DNA of 64,000 bases. Source: a virus (taxonomy: Duplodnaviria > Caudoviricetes). The notes below the pieces were generated by a model. That model saw only the letters and a program-made list of their open reading frames with translations, did no database searches and was not told where the DNA came from. The position numbers and the translations under genes were made by a program. The DNA is taken from positions 18,433 through 82,432 of the IMG/VR virus record IMGVR_UViG_3300031953_000004. One strand, written 5' to 3'. Numbering within the stretch: position 1 is the stretch's first letter; each line of letters begins with the position of its first letter. Shown here piece by piece: positions 9,532-20,022 of the stretch.

Positions 9532-10044
9532 ATGAAAAACGATCAGATTTTATGGATGTTACTATTGTTCCTGTTCCTTTCCGGATGCAAGTCCAAGCAA
9601 GTTACGGTCGATACCGAAAAAGAAAGTGAAATAAAGACTTCTGAGATTACCTCCGGACTGATACAAACAGAATACCGGGACCGGCTTGTTTATGTTACCC
9701 GTCCCACCTCCGGAAGTACCGTGATAGAAAACCCCTGCAAGGATGGTATATTGGCCTCTATCGACACGCAAATCAAATCAGGTGGCAATACCTCCCGTAT
9801 CTATTCAAAGGATGGGAAACTGTTCCTGGAGCAATTCATAGACAGCACCTCCAACAGTTTAGAGCAACGATATTTGATGCAGTTCAAGAAGGACAGTGTA
9901 ACACTTTACAATAAACTTTACCGAGAACTGAGCCATTCCAAGGAAGTAAAAGTATATGTTTATCCATGGGATTATTACGCATTTATGATTGGCTGCATTG
10001 TGTTTGTAGTATTATTTGTTCTAAGCAAGTTTAGAATTATTTAA
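9532..10044 (+). CDS. Lipoprotein with C-terminal TM, candidate unimolecular spanin
   Basis: Lipobox LSGC, periplasmic body, C-terminal YYAFMIGCIVFVVLFVL; directly follows the endolysin. Confidence 0.6.
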   Translation: MKNDQILWMLLLFLFLSGCKSKQVTVDTEKESEIKTSEITSGLIQTEYRDRLVYVTRPTSGSTVIENPCKDGILASIDTQIKSGGNTSRIYSKDGKLFLEQFIDSTSNSLEQRYLMQFKKDSVTLYNKLYRELSHSKEVKVYVYPWDYYAFMIGCIVFVVLFVLSKFRII

Positions 10045-10054
10045 ATTTTAATGA

Positions 10055-10062
10055 TAACTTTG
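10055..10062 (+). promoter_or_regulatory. Bacteroidota sigma70-type -7 element (TAnnTTTG)
   Basis: TAACTTTG 17 nt upstream of ATG 10080; no clear -33 element. Confidence 0.35.
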
Positions 10063-10079
10063 AAAAACCCCCAGCTATC

Positions 10080-11066
10080 ATGGCAATATCGCATTTCATC
10101 ATTACATCAATCCCTACAACAGTAATAGCTAAGGTAGGGGCTACGGTAGTACTTCTGAACACCAACTATGCTATTGCCCTGGAATCGAGCCTTAGCTTTG
10201 AAAGGATCCCGTCACTTGATGGATATTATCTTTCAGAGTCCGTCAAGTACAAAACCTATGACCAGAGCCTTGCCAAGACCAGTAATGAAGCTTCCTTGAA
10301 TTTAACGTGGAAAGAATATGACCTCGCCAATCTTCCCATCTCGGCAAATGTAACAGCGACCTGGATAAAAGGACAATCAGATGGTATGCTCAATATCTTG
10401 CCCGTCAACCAAGCGGTAGAGTTCGTGGAGATTGTTTCCATTGGAGGGGTTAACAACCTCAGCCTAAACGGCCAGTCCGTATTGCAAGGCTATAGATTGT
10501 CACCAAAAGACCTATTGTCAGCTATATATACCACGTACCTCGAAGGAGGTGGGTTCCCATATCTGGTGCTACAATATCAGGTGGGGAAAGGTACAATGCT
10601 TGAACCTACGGTTTATTCCTTTACGATCAATGTAGCTTCCATTGCCACGCTTACAAAGACAGAAGATTATTCGGTCATTGGTAGCATACTCAGTGAAACC
10701 AATGTTACTTATGACACTTTCAACCACACCGCGATATTCGAGATAGTTGAAGGGTACCAAGGTGGAACGGCACAAATCAACGTGGATATAAACTGCCCCT
10801 TCCTGACTACCGCCAATCCTGAGGCGCAAGGAGTCGTGGTTATTTCTATCGATGGTATAGAAAGCAGTCATATCGTAAATGCCATTGTTCCTATAAGTGT
10901 TGGTTTAGATGAAAAAGGAAAAGGCTCTTTCTCAATACAGCACAGGATTATTAAAGATGAGGCGACGGAAACAGGAACCAGCACCGTTACTTTAATTGAT
11001 ATCAACGGAGATCTTGCGGCTGTTTCCGCAACAACATATACAGCTTCAATCGTTTCAAACGCTTAA
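10080..11066 (+). CDS. Putative virion structural protein (beta-rich)
   Basis: 328 aa, Thr/Val/Ser-rich, immediately upstream of the tail stabilisation gene. Confidence 0.55.
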   Translation: MAISHFIITSIPTTVIAKVGATVVLLNTNYAIALESSLSFERIPSLDGYYLSESVKYKTYDQSLAKTSNEASLNLTWKEYDLANLPISANVTATWIKGQSDGMLNILPVNQAVEFVEIVSIGGVNNLSLNGQSVLQGYRLSPKDLLSAIYTTYLEGGGFPYLVLQYQVGKGTMLEPTVYSFTINVASIATLTKTEDYSVIGSILSETNVTYDTFNHTAIFEIVEGYQGGTAQINVDINCPFLTTANPEAQGVVVISIDGIESSHIVNAIVPISVGLDEKGKGSFSIQHRIIKDEATETGTSTVTLIDINGDLAAVSATTYTASIVSNA

Positions 11067-11075
11067 TAACTGAAA

Positions 11076-14000
11076 ATGGTAAATTTCACTACAGTAAACA
11101 CATTCGAGGGAGGAAACTCAAAAGACTCTGTACAAAACATAGAGAAGAAGAACACCTACACAAAAGGTATCAATGGAAGGCTGTACTCGAAAGACGGCGT
11201 TTTTTCATTTTCATCTATTGAAGGGAGCAAGCTTGTTTATGAGAATGCAAGTATCGTAAAGTACCTGGGGTTTCATTCTTTCAGCGATGAAACGCTGGTA
11301 ATGGCCAAATGCTTGAAGCCGACAGGAAGCGGACAGGGAACGGAAACCCAGATCACGGAACAAACACTGTTCTCCGAAAGCTTCACGCTGCAAGCGGATG
11401 CCAATACGGGCATATTGATAATGAACACCACGGGCATAGCTGCAAACTCTTCAATCATTGAAAGCGTTTATACCGTGATCAATCCTGTATCGGATCCCAC
11501 CGATTATGAGATCCCTTATTCCAGTGTAGAAGGATTGGTAAATGAGATAAATTTCGGAGAATACTACAAGGAACGTTTTAATGTTGCTGACTTCTCCATT
11601 TGCAATATCGACAATAACAATATCCCTCTGAACAACCTTGATTATTACGATACTATTATCAGTTTCACGCTCGACAACAACGGCGTGCTCAAAGGGGAAC
11701 GTATTTGGACAGGCGCACAGAACTGGCCTATGGAAGGTAAGATTACCACCGAGGGCGTGGAGGAAAATGAATTCTACAAACGTGTTTATTATACCGATGC
11801 CGTGAACCCCAGAAGGGTATTCAACAGGAAAGATACCTCCCTGTCGAAAAGGAGCGCCTCTGAATTCAACCAGGTCCTTGACAACGTCTTGTTGCAAGCT
11901 GAGGTTAAGCAAATACTTGACGGAGGATTGCTAAAGGCGATGAAGTCCTTGTACTTGTACAGGATCATTTCCGAAAACGGACAGGTATCAGGGTTCTCCC
12001 CTTTTTCTGAATTCGCTACCCTTTTAGTGGAAGATGCACCAATCCTTTTCAGGGGTGGAGCTGTCAGCGAGATCACGGGGAAGATGGTGAAGGTACAGTG
12101 CAATATATTAGATCCTGAGCCTTCCTCACAAATAGAGTGCATCGCTCTTGAATTTGAAGCCCTGGGTATTCCTACGGCAATCAGGAACCTAGGAATAAAA
12201 CCATCGAGGGCAATTGTCGATTTTAATCATTACGGTAACGAAGCCGAGATGATCGACGATATTACCCTGAACGATATTTTGGAGTTCAAGAACACCTGGA
12301 CCTACTGCAACGACTTCACTTCTAAAAAGAACAAGCTGATTGCTGCAGGTCTAAGGAACGCTCCTATTCCTGCTGCCATAGAAAACCTCGACTACCTGTT
12401 TCCTTTACATTCTTGGAACGCTATAGGGCAAACCCATGAAACACTTATAAATCCTGAGCCTTGGAATTATCGGTACATAGACCCTACCAGTACCGCCAAG
12501 CTCAGTTATGTACGGAACAAGAAATATACGCAGATAGCTTCCTTCGGTCCGCTGACCATTAGTCTTAAAAATAAACTTGTAGGTTTATCTTTGGACTTCA
12601 CTATCTCGGACATTGCTCTTGAAAGCTATACCAGCATCCTTCCGGAAGTAACGGCGTGGATCCTGGATCAACAAATAAACAATCCTGATTTTCCTGATTA
12701 TTTCCCGAATTTACTTATCAGCGATAGCGACGGTCAGTTATTATTTTCCCCTATAGATACGCTTGTTCAAAGTGACTTCTCGTATTACGTTTTTGAATCG
12801 AACAATGAGCAATATATCGAGAACATAAAAACAGACCTTGTATTCCTTAGTCCTGATATCGATATTTCCAAACTTGTGTACGGTGCTGAATCTATAGGGT
12901 TCCACCAGGGTAATGGAATCCGGATCACCTTCAGGGAACAGAAGGAAGCTTTACTTAACCAAGCAACCGAGCCTTATGTAGGTGCTGGGAAGCTATTGGA
13001 TTTTGTGGCCCCGAGCTTTGAGAAATACGTGATGAAGGATGAAATTTACAGATTGGCTTTTCAGGCATACGACCACAAAAGCCACCGTTATTTCTCCGTT
13101 CCCATTGGGGATATAAAGGTTCCCGGATTGGGGGATCTCAGGAAAGAGATCGACGATGAGGGCAATCTTATACTTTCCAACGAGAATTTTAAACACCAGA
13201 ACGTTGAGAACGGAACCCTGTACGGGTACGGAATAAAAATGCACGTAGAGGTGCGTTTAAGCTGTGAACTACAAAAGCTGATATCAATGTACCAGTTGCT
13301 GTACGTGGAGCGCACAGAAGAGAACAGAACCATCCTGTGCCAAGGTATCGCAGCACCGTTGCAGCGGGTACAGGCAGATGATAATGATGATAACAGGATG
13401 CCCGTTGCCCTTCAGGACAAGTGGACGTTGCCTTATTACGGAGGCCCTGTCTATGAAAAACTTGGACTGGCGCAATATGATGCGAATGGGGATGATTATG
13501 TTTACACACCGGCAGACGAGGCAAATGTGGATCCGACAAAAAGGGTAATCACCAGCAGGAAGCTTTGCACCTTTGATTCTCCCGACCTGTATTTCGGAAA
13601 GATATCAGATCAGTATGTGTCCAGCTCACAGGTAAAGGTTCTGGCGAAATTAAATACCGATCATACCCCGGGCGTTATTATGAACTATGCCCATGCGATA
13701 AATGGGGTCGATACGGGAAGATGGACTTGGACGGAAGTTACCAAAGAGAAATACCCTAAATTTTCAAGGAAAATATCTTGGGAACAAATTGAGGGTAACA
13801 TAAATTCGGAAATGCTACCACGGGATGCCAATGAAGACAAGGAAAATGGGAAAAGCAGGGAGTTTTATTTCCTTAATGTTTCCGTATTCTCCAAATCACA
13901 ACCGCTGTACAAGTCTTTGACCGAAGCTCAAAGAACTATCGACATCGCTAAGGCCAAAGGAATGAATAGGGGAGAGTTGATCTCAGGAGCAGCTTTTGAC

Positions 14001-15743
14001 CTACAACACGATGTATCGAATAATGCGATCGCATTTGCATCAATGCCATGGTACTTCAGCTCCTTTGCCCGTAAATGGGAATATAAACAAACCAGGGCTA
14101 AGGTGGCCCTCTTTAGTTCCGCAAGGACTTCTCCCGGTTACAGTACGGTAATCCTGAAAACCGAAACAGACCTGTTCACTCCCGCAATCGTAGGTCCTGA
14201 TATCCATACCATAGATGCTGAGGTACGTCTTGGAGGCTCCGGGCATATTGTTTATGACAGTTATCCCCTTGTCAATATCTACAGGGATAATAAGGAATCT
14301 GTATATGGTGGAAGAAGCAAACAAGCCTACAGCCACAATGTATATATCCCAATGAGCAAGACCATTCCTGTAGCAAAAAACAATGGAGTACAGTCCTTTG
14401 ACGTTGGTGCCGATACCTACATCACTTTGAATCTCCGCACGAAGAACGATGCCGGGGATGATGAGTTGAGGTACAGGGTGAACCTAAACAACGGAGGGAA
14501 CGGTCGTGATGGTGGAGATTTAGAATTCTGGGAACGCAACGGTGCATGGAGTTATGCCGTGGTATTGGAATCACAGGTAGAGCCTAAGCTTACTTCTGGA
14601 CACGAATTCTTTCGTGAAACTGCTAAGCACAATTTTGAAACACTGCGGACGGAAGATATCAATGAAGCCTATTTTAATGAAGCGAACCTAAAGGAATTTA
14701 TACCTAAACCTTTCCAGTTTAAAGATGATCCCGATCTTGGAAATGTTATTGCTGTTTCTGATGTAAAGCTTTCAGGGGAATTGTATGACAGCTGGACGAT
14801 GTTCAAGCCCAACAATTTCTATGCGGAACTTGAAAAGAACAAGGGCGATGTATCGAACATCCTTCGGTGGAAAGACCAGGTGTTCGCTATTCAAAGTAAT
14901 CAAACCTCTCTTATCCATATCGGTACCGACAGGATCGTTCAGGACTCAAAGGGAAATCCCATAAATATCAAACAGGGATCCGGACAGGTCGTGGAAGGAC
15001 ATCAGGTACTCAGTTCTTATGGAACAGCGATACGAAGGGCCGTTGCTTTGAGCGACTTTGGCTTTACCTTCTTTGACGAAAAGCACATAGAACTCGTGAA
15101 AGTGGACAAGCCGATGCTTGTAAAGAACCTCTTGCACGTTGATTACTGGAACCGGTTAAAGAACGATAGGATCATTGATTGTGAAGGCTTCTATGACCAC
15201 GCAAACAAAGAGAGCAATGTTCGGGTGCGGACTTCCTCCGGGGCAAGCTTCGTGATCTCCTACAATGAACTCTTCGAGGTTATCAATGGGGAGTATGAAT
15301 ACAACAATGACCTGTACATAGATTTTGACAACAAGCTATATGCTCCGGTAAGTAATCAGCTGCACCAGTTGAATGAAGGATATCCACTTGACTTGTTCGG
15401 GGCAAAGAAACTCATCAAAGTGCAGACTACCGTTAACGGTGAGATCAATCAAGTGTTCCTGTACAGGCAGATGCAGATTGTCACCAATCTAAAGTACCCT
15501 ATAAAAAGTGCGAAGTTCCTTACCAGTCTTGAACAGGAGCGCACAATCAACGGTAACCATAGGTGGTACAAGATCAGGGAAGGGAACCACACGCTTCCTC
15601 CCAAGAACGATATCTATACAAAAGCGGAAATGGCCGACCTTCGTGGAAACTGGATGTCAATAGAAATTACCGCAGAGAGCCTCAATAAAAATAAAGTAGA
15701 TATATTAGCAGTAATTAACAGTTTGAGAAACAGTCACCAATAA
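11076..15743 (+). CDS. Tail stabilisation / muzzle-like protein of crAss-like phages
   Basis: 1555 aa; N-terminal propeller-like RVYYTDAVNPRRVFN; C-terminal LEKNKGDVSNILRWKDQVFAIQ and DLRGNWMSIEI; position just before the ejected-protein genes as in crAss-like genomes. Confidence 0.75.
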   Translation: MVNFTTVNTFEGGNSKDSVQNIEKKNTYTKGINGRLYSKDGVFSFSSIEGSKLVYENASIVKYLGFHSFSDETLVMAKCLKPTGSGQGTETQITEQTLFSESFTLQADANTGILIMNTTGIAANSSIIESVYTVINPVSDPTDYEIPYSSVEGLVNEINFGEYYKERFNVADFSICNIDNNNIPLNNLDYYDTIISFTLDNNGVLKGERIWTGAQNWPMEGKITTEGVEENEFYKRVYYTDAVNPRRVFNRKDTSLSKRSASEFNQVLDNVLLQAEVKQILDGGLLKAMKSLYLYRIISENGQVSGFSPFSEFATLLVEDAPILFRGGAVSEITGKMVKVQCNILDPEPSSQIECIALEFEALGIPTAIRNLGIKPSRAIVDFNHYGNEAEMIDDITLNDILEFKNTWTYCNDFTSKKNKLIAAGLRNAPIPAAIENLDYLFPLHSWNAIGQTHETLINPEPWNYRYIDPTSTAKLSYVRNKKYTQIASFGPLTISLKNKLVGLSLDFTISDIALESYTSILPEVTAWILDQQINNPDFPDYFPNLLISDSDGQLLFSPIDTLVQSDFSYYVFESNNEQYIENIKTDLVFLSPDIDISKLVYGAESIGFHQGNGIRITFREQKEALLNQATEPYVGAGKLLDFVAPSFEKYVMKDEIYRLAFQAYDHKSHRYFSVPIGDIKVPGLGDLRKEIDDEGNLILSNENFKHQNVENGTLYGYGIKMHVEVRLSCELQKLISMYQLLYVERTEENRTILCQGIAAPLQRVQADDNDDNRMPVALQDKWTLPYYGGPVYEKLGLAQYDANGDDYVYTPADEANVDPTKRVITSRKLCTFDSPDLYFGKISDQYVSSSQVKVLAKLNTDHTPGVIMNYAHAINGVDTGRWTWTEVTKEKYPKFSRKISWEQIEGNINSEMLPRDANEDKENGKSREFYFLNVSVFSKSQPLYKSLTEAQRTIDIAKAKGMNRGELISGAAFDLQHDVSNNAIAFASMPWYFSSFARKWEYKQTRAKVALFSSARTSPGYSTVILKTETDLFTPAIVGPDIHTIDAEVRLGGSGHIVYDSYPLVNIYRDNKESVYGGRSKQAYSHNVYIPMSKTIPVAKNNGVQSFDVGADTYITLNLRTKNDAGDDELRYRVNLNNGGNGRDGGDLEFWERNGAWSYAVVLESQVEPKLTSGHEFFRETAKHNFETLRTEDINEAYFNEANLKEFIPKPFQFKDDPDLGNVIAVSDVKLSGELYDSWTMFKPNNFYAELEKNKGDVSNILRWKDQVFAIQSNQTSLIHIGTDRIVQDSKGNPINIKQGSGQVVEGHQVLSSYGTAIRRAVALSDFGFTFFDEKHIELVKVDKPMLVKNLLHVDYWNRLKNDRIIDCEGFYDHANKESNVRVRTSSGASFVISYNELFEVINGEYEYNNDLYIDFDNKLYAPVSNQLHQLNEGYPLDLFGAKKLIKVQTTVNGEINQVFLYRQMQIVTNLKYPIKSAKFLTSLEQERTINGNHRWYKIREGNHTLPPKNDIYTKAEMADLRGNWMSIEITAESLNKNKVDILAVINSLRNSHQ

Positions 15744-15754
15744 TATTATAAGCT

Positions 15755-16387
15755 ATGCCAGATCATGCCACAAACAGTTTTTTGAAGAAATACGGAAGTA
15801 AATTCGGGGAGATCGATTACGATACTTCCGGGGTAAAAACCTCATTAGGAAAGAACCCACAAATGGGTGCCGACGGTGTTGGTGCCGCATCGGACAAAGG
15901 CCTTATGGGTGCCGGGAAGAAGAACTCCTGGCAGATGGGCGATAAAGGTGTCACCAAGGATGGTGTGAAAGTATCTGGTGGTGGAATGGATGCTGGTGCT
16001 GTAGCCGGTGGTGCTATGGATGCCGCTCCGGCAGTGATGGGTCTTATAGATAATATCGGGGGAGGACAATTCGACACCTCTGCTGAAGGTGGTGGTGTTG
16101 GAAATGGAAAGGCCGCTATCCTTGAAGGAGCAGGACAAGGGGCACAGGCAGGAAAAGCTTTTGGTCCCTGGGGAATGGTTATAGGAGCAGCTGTTGGTGG
16201 AGGGATATCTACCGTTGCCCATTCCGCAGCACAAAAAGAATACCACGGCAACAGACAGAAATTTAATGTTAAGGGAGATGCTCTTGAACGCAATACACGT
16301 GAGGATGAATACCGACAATCGGAAGGACTGGCCGCTATGGATTCGATGCAGAACCTTCGTAAGAAACAATTAGGAATAATCTCGTAA
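15755..16387 (+). CDS. Gly/Ala-rich ejection (pilot) protein
   Basis: Glycine-zipper GAGQGAQAGKAFGPWGMVIGAAVGGG followed by a coiled tail. Confidence 0.6.
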   Translation: MPDHATNSFLKKYGSKFGEIDYDTSGVKTSLGKNPQMGADGVGAASDKGLMGAGKKNSWQMGDKGVTKDGVKVSGGGMDAGAVAGGAMDAAPAVMGLIDNIGGGQFDTSAEGGGVGNGKAAILEGAGQGAQAGKAFGPWGMVIGAAVGGGISTVAHSAAQKEYHGNRQKFNVKGDALERNTREDEYRQSEGLAAMDSMQNLRKKQLGIIS

Positions 16388-16389
16388 TT

Positions 16390-19300
16390 ATGGCAAACAA
16401 GAAACCAGGACCAGGAAAGGATCTCACCAGAGCAGAATGGAAGAAGCGCTATGGTTCCGATACTCAATACTACACCCATCTTCTTAATAGAGTTGATCTT
16501 ACTACTGGAAAAACTATCAGGAGCCTGATAGAAGCATCTGCTAAGAAGCACAACTTAGATCCTGCTTTCCTGGCTTCCGGTTTATTTACGGAAGGATTAG
16601 ATCGCTATAACGTACTTGCAGATAAATACGGCTCTACTAAAGATGATTATTATGAATATCCTATATCTGGGATGAAGCATCTTGGTCTTGATACTGTTGG
16701 TAATATAAAGAATGATTTATTCCGTAAAGGCTATGTAGATCCTAAAGAATATAAGGAAAATGTTCGTGAGTGGAAAACAGAGAATGAGAAGGATAATGTA
16801 ATATCAGGTGACTTTAAAAGGCTTGATATCGCTATTGATTATGTAGCTGCTTTTCAAAGAAATGAGAATGACAATATAGATAAGTACCTAAAGGAAAATG
16901 ATATTGAGTTAACGCCTATCCAAAAAACTTTTTTCCAGAATGTAGCTTACAATTTTGGTCCTGGTGGCGTTCAGCAAATGATTAAAAGTTATAACGATAA
17001 AGGATTTTTAAAAGACAATAAATTTATATATGAAAAGCCTAATGAGTTTTTTAAAGAACCTTATACTAATGCTTATAAAAGAACTACTGCTGGTATTGGC
17101 TTAAAAGAACAAGCCGGGTTTTCTGAAAATGAAGTTGTAGGGAATCCATATAGTTCTACAAAAAACGCGGAAGTCGTGAGTTCTATAGAAGCTCAGGGTC
17201 TTCAGGGAATAGAAGCTGTAAAAGCAGTTGATAAGCATAGGGAATCTGTGCTAGCAGCTAATAAACTTGATCCTGAAGGATTGGTGCCCAGAGAAGCAGA
17301 CAAGCTAACTGCTGCAGGGATAGAACGCGCCCCAAAGGTGAAACAAAAGCCAATGGAGTTTACCCCTACGGGATTAGTTTCCACAAAGGCGACACCTGTA
17401 GTAGCTACCAATACAAATATTCCCTTAAAAGAAGTATCACGTACTAAAACAAAATCAGCTTCCACACTAAAATCAACAGGCGTTATGGCAAAAAAAACAA
17501 AACCCACTCCAAGTGAACTGGCCTTGAAAGAGCAGTTCGTAACCAATATGCAGAAGGCACTTGGACAGCACGAATCGAATAATCAGTACGATGCTCAAAA
17601 CCCTACCAGCACCGCTGCAGGGAAATACCAGTTTACTGAAATGTGGTTAAGCAAGGATGGGAAGGCCGCAGAGAAGAGTATACAGGCCTTTGCAGAAAGG
17701 AATGGGATGCCCATCCCTCAAAGCTTGGATGAATTCAAGACGATGCCCGGACTGCAGGATTCTTATTTTAAGTATTATGCTAAGGAGGTATTATATCCAA
17801 AAGCGATGGAAGCCGTTTCTTCATTGAACCCTAAAGGTATTACAATGGAACAGGCTGGGGCACTGGTTCATCTTAGGGGAGAAGCAAAAGCTATTAAAGA
17901 AATCTCCACAGGAAACTTTAGTAAAGCTACTGAAGTAGGTGTGGATGGAGCTAAGCATAAGAATCCGAGTTCTATTTCTTATATGAACAGTATCGCTACC
18001 AAGGTAGGTCAACCCATTACCCCGGAGCAGCTTACGGCGGTGCAGATAGATGCAATGCCACAGGCAGAAAAGGACAAGATATCCAAGGACTATTTTACTG
18101 CTAAAGATAGGATCATCAACTATGAGGACTTGGACGATGTGGATAAGAACCGACAAATAGCACAGCTCAATTCGGAGTATAAGTCCAAGGGCTATCTTCC
18201 TATTGTGAATGACCATATCACAAAACGAAATGAAGGCAACGCTGTCAAGGCCAAAGCCCAAGATGATAAAATCAAGGCTGGTGTGGCGGAATACCAAAAA
18301 TGGGGAGAGAAATCAAGGGTAGGTCATATTGGGAAAGGACTATCCAGTACAGGATCTATCACCCTTGGTGGTCCTGCAGAAGCAAAAGAATTCAAAGCCT
18401 GGGCAAAAGCCAATGGAGTCAAAGTTTCAGGTGGAACGAATTTTATTTACAATTTTAATCCACAGGAATTTGGAAAGGCCGGAATAAAAGCGGTTACAGG
18501 AAAGGACAGTTTTAGTCCTGAACAATTAAAAATCATAGAAGGAAAGGCCGGAGATCAAGATGGGGCGGTCATAAGCAATACCGCTTCAAAAGACTTCTTC
18601 TCCGAGAACAATTTCAGGAAGATAGCCGGTTGGTTCACAGGAGAAAAGGCAGGCGTTTCAGGGCCTATGGGATTGGTTCCCGAAGCAGTAGCCTACACGC
18701 AGAACCTCAACAGCTATACTGAAATAGATACACTTGACGGAGAGCAGATCGCTGATCTTCCCACAGAAGAGAAAGCACCCCTTAAAGAAGAACCTGTCAA
18801 GGCTACCACCAAGACAACTGATACCGATGGGACTGATGCAGCGAAAACTTCCGGACTCGCTAAAGAAGGAGAATCCCTGTTAGACCAATGGGGGAAAAAC
18901 GTAAGGGAAGACCTTGCAAGGAAGAAGGCCGAGGGGGAAGGAAAGTCTTACAACAAAGAGGACTTTAAGAAAGAGATCCCTTTTGATGCGATCACGGGAA
19001 TGGCCCTTGGACTTAACGGTCTTGAACAGGCGAGAGATACCAAGATACCTAAACGCACCGAAGAGGTAACGGAGGCCTACCGGAACTTTGCCGCACAACT
19101 CGCCAAGAAATCCAAAGAGGGATTGCCCCCGTCGGTAGAAGCCGCTATGAAGGCGCAACTTGCCGAGGGATTACAAGGAGGACTTGCTAACATCGTAAAC
19201 GCTTCCGGTGGAAACAGGGCATTGGTACTTGGAAACCTCGGTGGATTGGAGAAATCAAAAGCACAGGGGATCGTAGATATGCAGCTTGCCGATTACGAAG

Positions 19301-20022
19301 CGAAGGAGCAAGCTTTCAAACAATACGGAGAAGCCCTTAAATACCAAAACGATTTTAAGGCACGTAAGGACGTGGCAAACCACTCGATAGACTATCAGGA
19401 AGCCTTAAAGCGCAGATCGGATGGAGAAGACCTTGCACAAGCTGGATTTGCACAGATGATCAATGGTCTTAAATACCAGAAGGAGAATGGACCGGGGAGT
19501 ATCAACCATATGAAGAAGTCGTGGTTGGAACAGGAGATGTTCGGCTTTGCGATAGATGCCAAACCAGATGCCCCGAACAGCCAGGAATCTTATCATAAGA
19601 GAAAAGCAGAGTTCAAAGAATATTCCGGACTTCAATTGCAAGCCCTTGAAAAGAAAGCTGCCTTGAATCCTCAACAACAAGAGATGGCCAAGGAATTTAT
19701 TTCCCAAGGAGGTTCCGAGAAAGATCAGGCAAATCTTATCAATTATCTATATGACAATCCTCAGAAGATCAAGATGGATGTCACCAAGTTCCCTGAGGCC
19801 AAAGAGCGACAGGATTTCGGATTGATGTTCTCGGATGCTGATAAAGCCCTTCCGGAGATGAGCAAGCCTGAGAAGATAGAATCCCCCGCTATTCAAGAGC
19901 TTCAAGCTTTTACAAAAAGGAATACAATGCCCGGGAGAGCTGCGGCAGAGAATGTATCGAGCCTTGAACCAATGGGATTAGCGGGATTTGGGGATGAAAA
20001 AAAAAATCCCAACCTGATATGA
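16390..20022 (+). CDS. Internal virion protein with two lysozyme/transglycosylase-like domains
   Basis: Domain 1: AKKHNLDPAFLASGLFTEG...AYNFGPG. Domain 2: LGQHESNNQYDAQNPTSTAAGKYQF. Helical, charged C-terminal half. Confidence 0.75.
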   Translation: MANKKPGPGKDLTRAEWKKRYGSDTQYYTHLLNRVDLTTGKTIRSLIEASAKKHNLDPAFLASGLFTEGLDRYNVLADKYGSTKDDYYEYPISGMKHLGLDTVGNIKNDLFRKGYVDPKEYKENVREWKTENEKDNVISGDFKRLDIAIDYVAAFQRNENDNIDKYLKENDIELTPIQKTFFQNVAYNFGPGGVQQMIKSYNDKGFLKDNKFIYEKPNEFFKEPYTNAYKRTTAGIGLKEQAGFSENEVVGNPYSSTKNAEVVSSIEAQGLQGIEAVKAVDKHRESVLAANKLDPEGLVPREADKLTAAGIERAPKVKQKPMEFTPTGLVSTKATPVVATNTNIPLKEVSRTKTKSASTLKSTGVMAKKTKPTPSELALKEQFVTNMQKALGQHESNNQYDAQNPTSTAAGKYQFTEMWLSKDGKAAEKSIQAFAERNGMPIPQSLDEFKTMPGLQDSYFKYYAKEVLYPKAMEAVSSLNPKGITMEQAGALVHLRGEAKAIKEISTGNFSKATEVGVDGAKHKNPSSISYMNSIATKVGQPITPEQLTAVQIDAMPQAEKDKISKDYFTAKDRIINYEDLDDVDKNRQIAQLNSEYKSKGYLPIVNDHITKRNEGNAVKAKAQDDKIKAGVAEYQKWGEKSRVGHIGKGLSSTGSITLGGPAEAKEFKAWAKANGVKVSGGTNFIYNFNPQEFGKAGIKAVTGKDSFSPEQLKIIEGKAGDQDGAVISNTASKDFFSENNFRKIAGWFTGEKAGVSGPMGLVPEAVAYTQNLNSYTEIDTLDGEQIADLPTEEKAPLKEEPVKATTKTTDTDGTDAAKTSGLAKEGESLLDQWGKNVREDLARKKAEGEGKSYNKEDFKKEIPFDAITGMALGLNGLEQARDTKIPKRTEEVTEAYRNFAAQLAKKSKEGLPPSVEAAMKAQLAEGLQGGLANIVNASGGNRALVLGNLGGLEKSKAQGIVDMQLADYEAKEQAFKQYGEALKYQNDFKARKDVANHSIDYQEALKRRSDGEDLAQAGFAQMINGLKYQKENGPGSINHMKKSWLEQEMFGFAIDAKPDAPNSQESYHKRKAEFKEYSGLQLQALEKKAALNPQQQEMAKEFISQGGSEKDQANLINYLYDNPQKIKMDVTKFPEAKERQDFGLMFSDADKALPEMSKPEKIESPAIQELQAFTKRNTMPGRAAAENVSSLEPMGLAGFGDEKKNPNLI

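Noticed and set aside
15817-16551. 244-aa and 174-aa minus-strand ORFs
   Set aside because: Antisense shadows of the Gly-rich 210-aa gene
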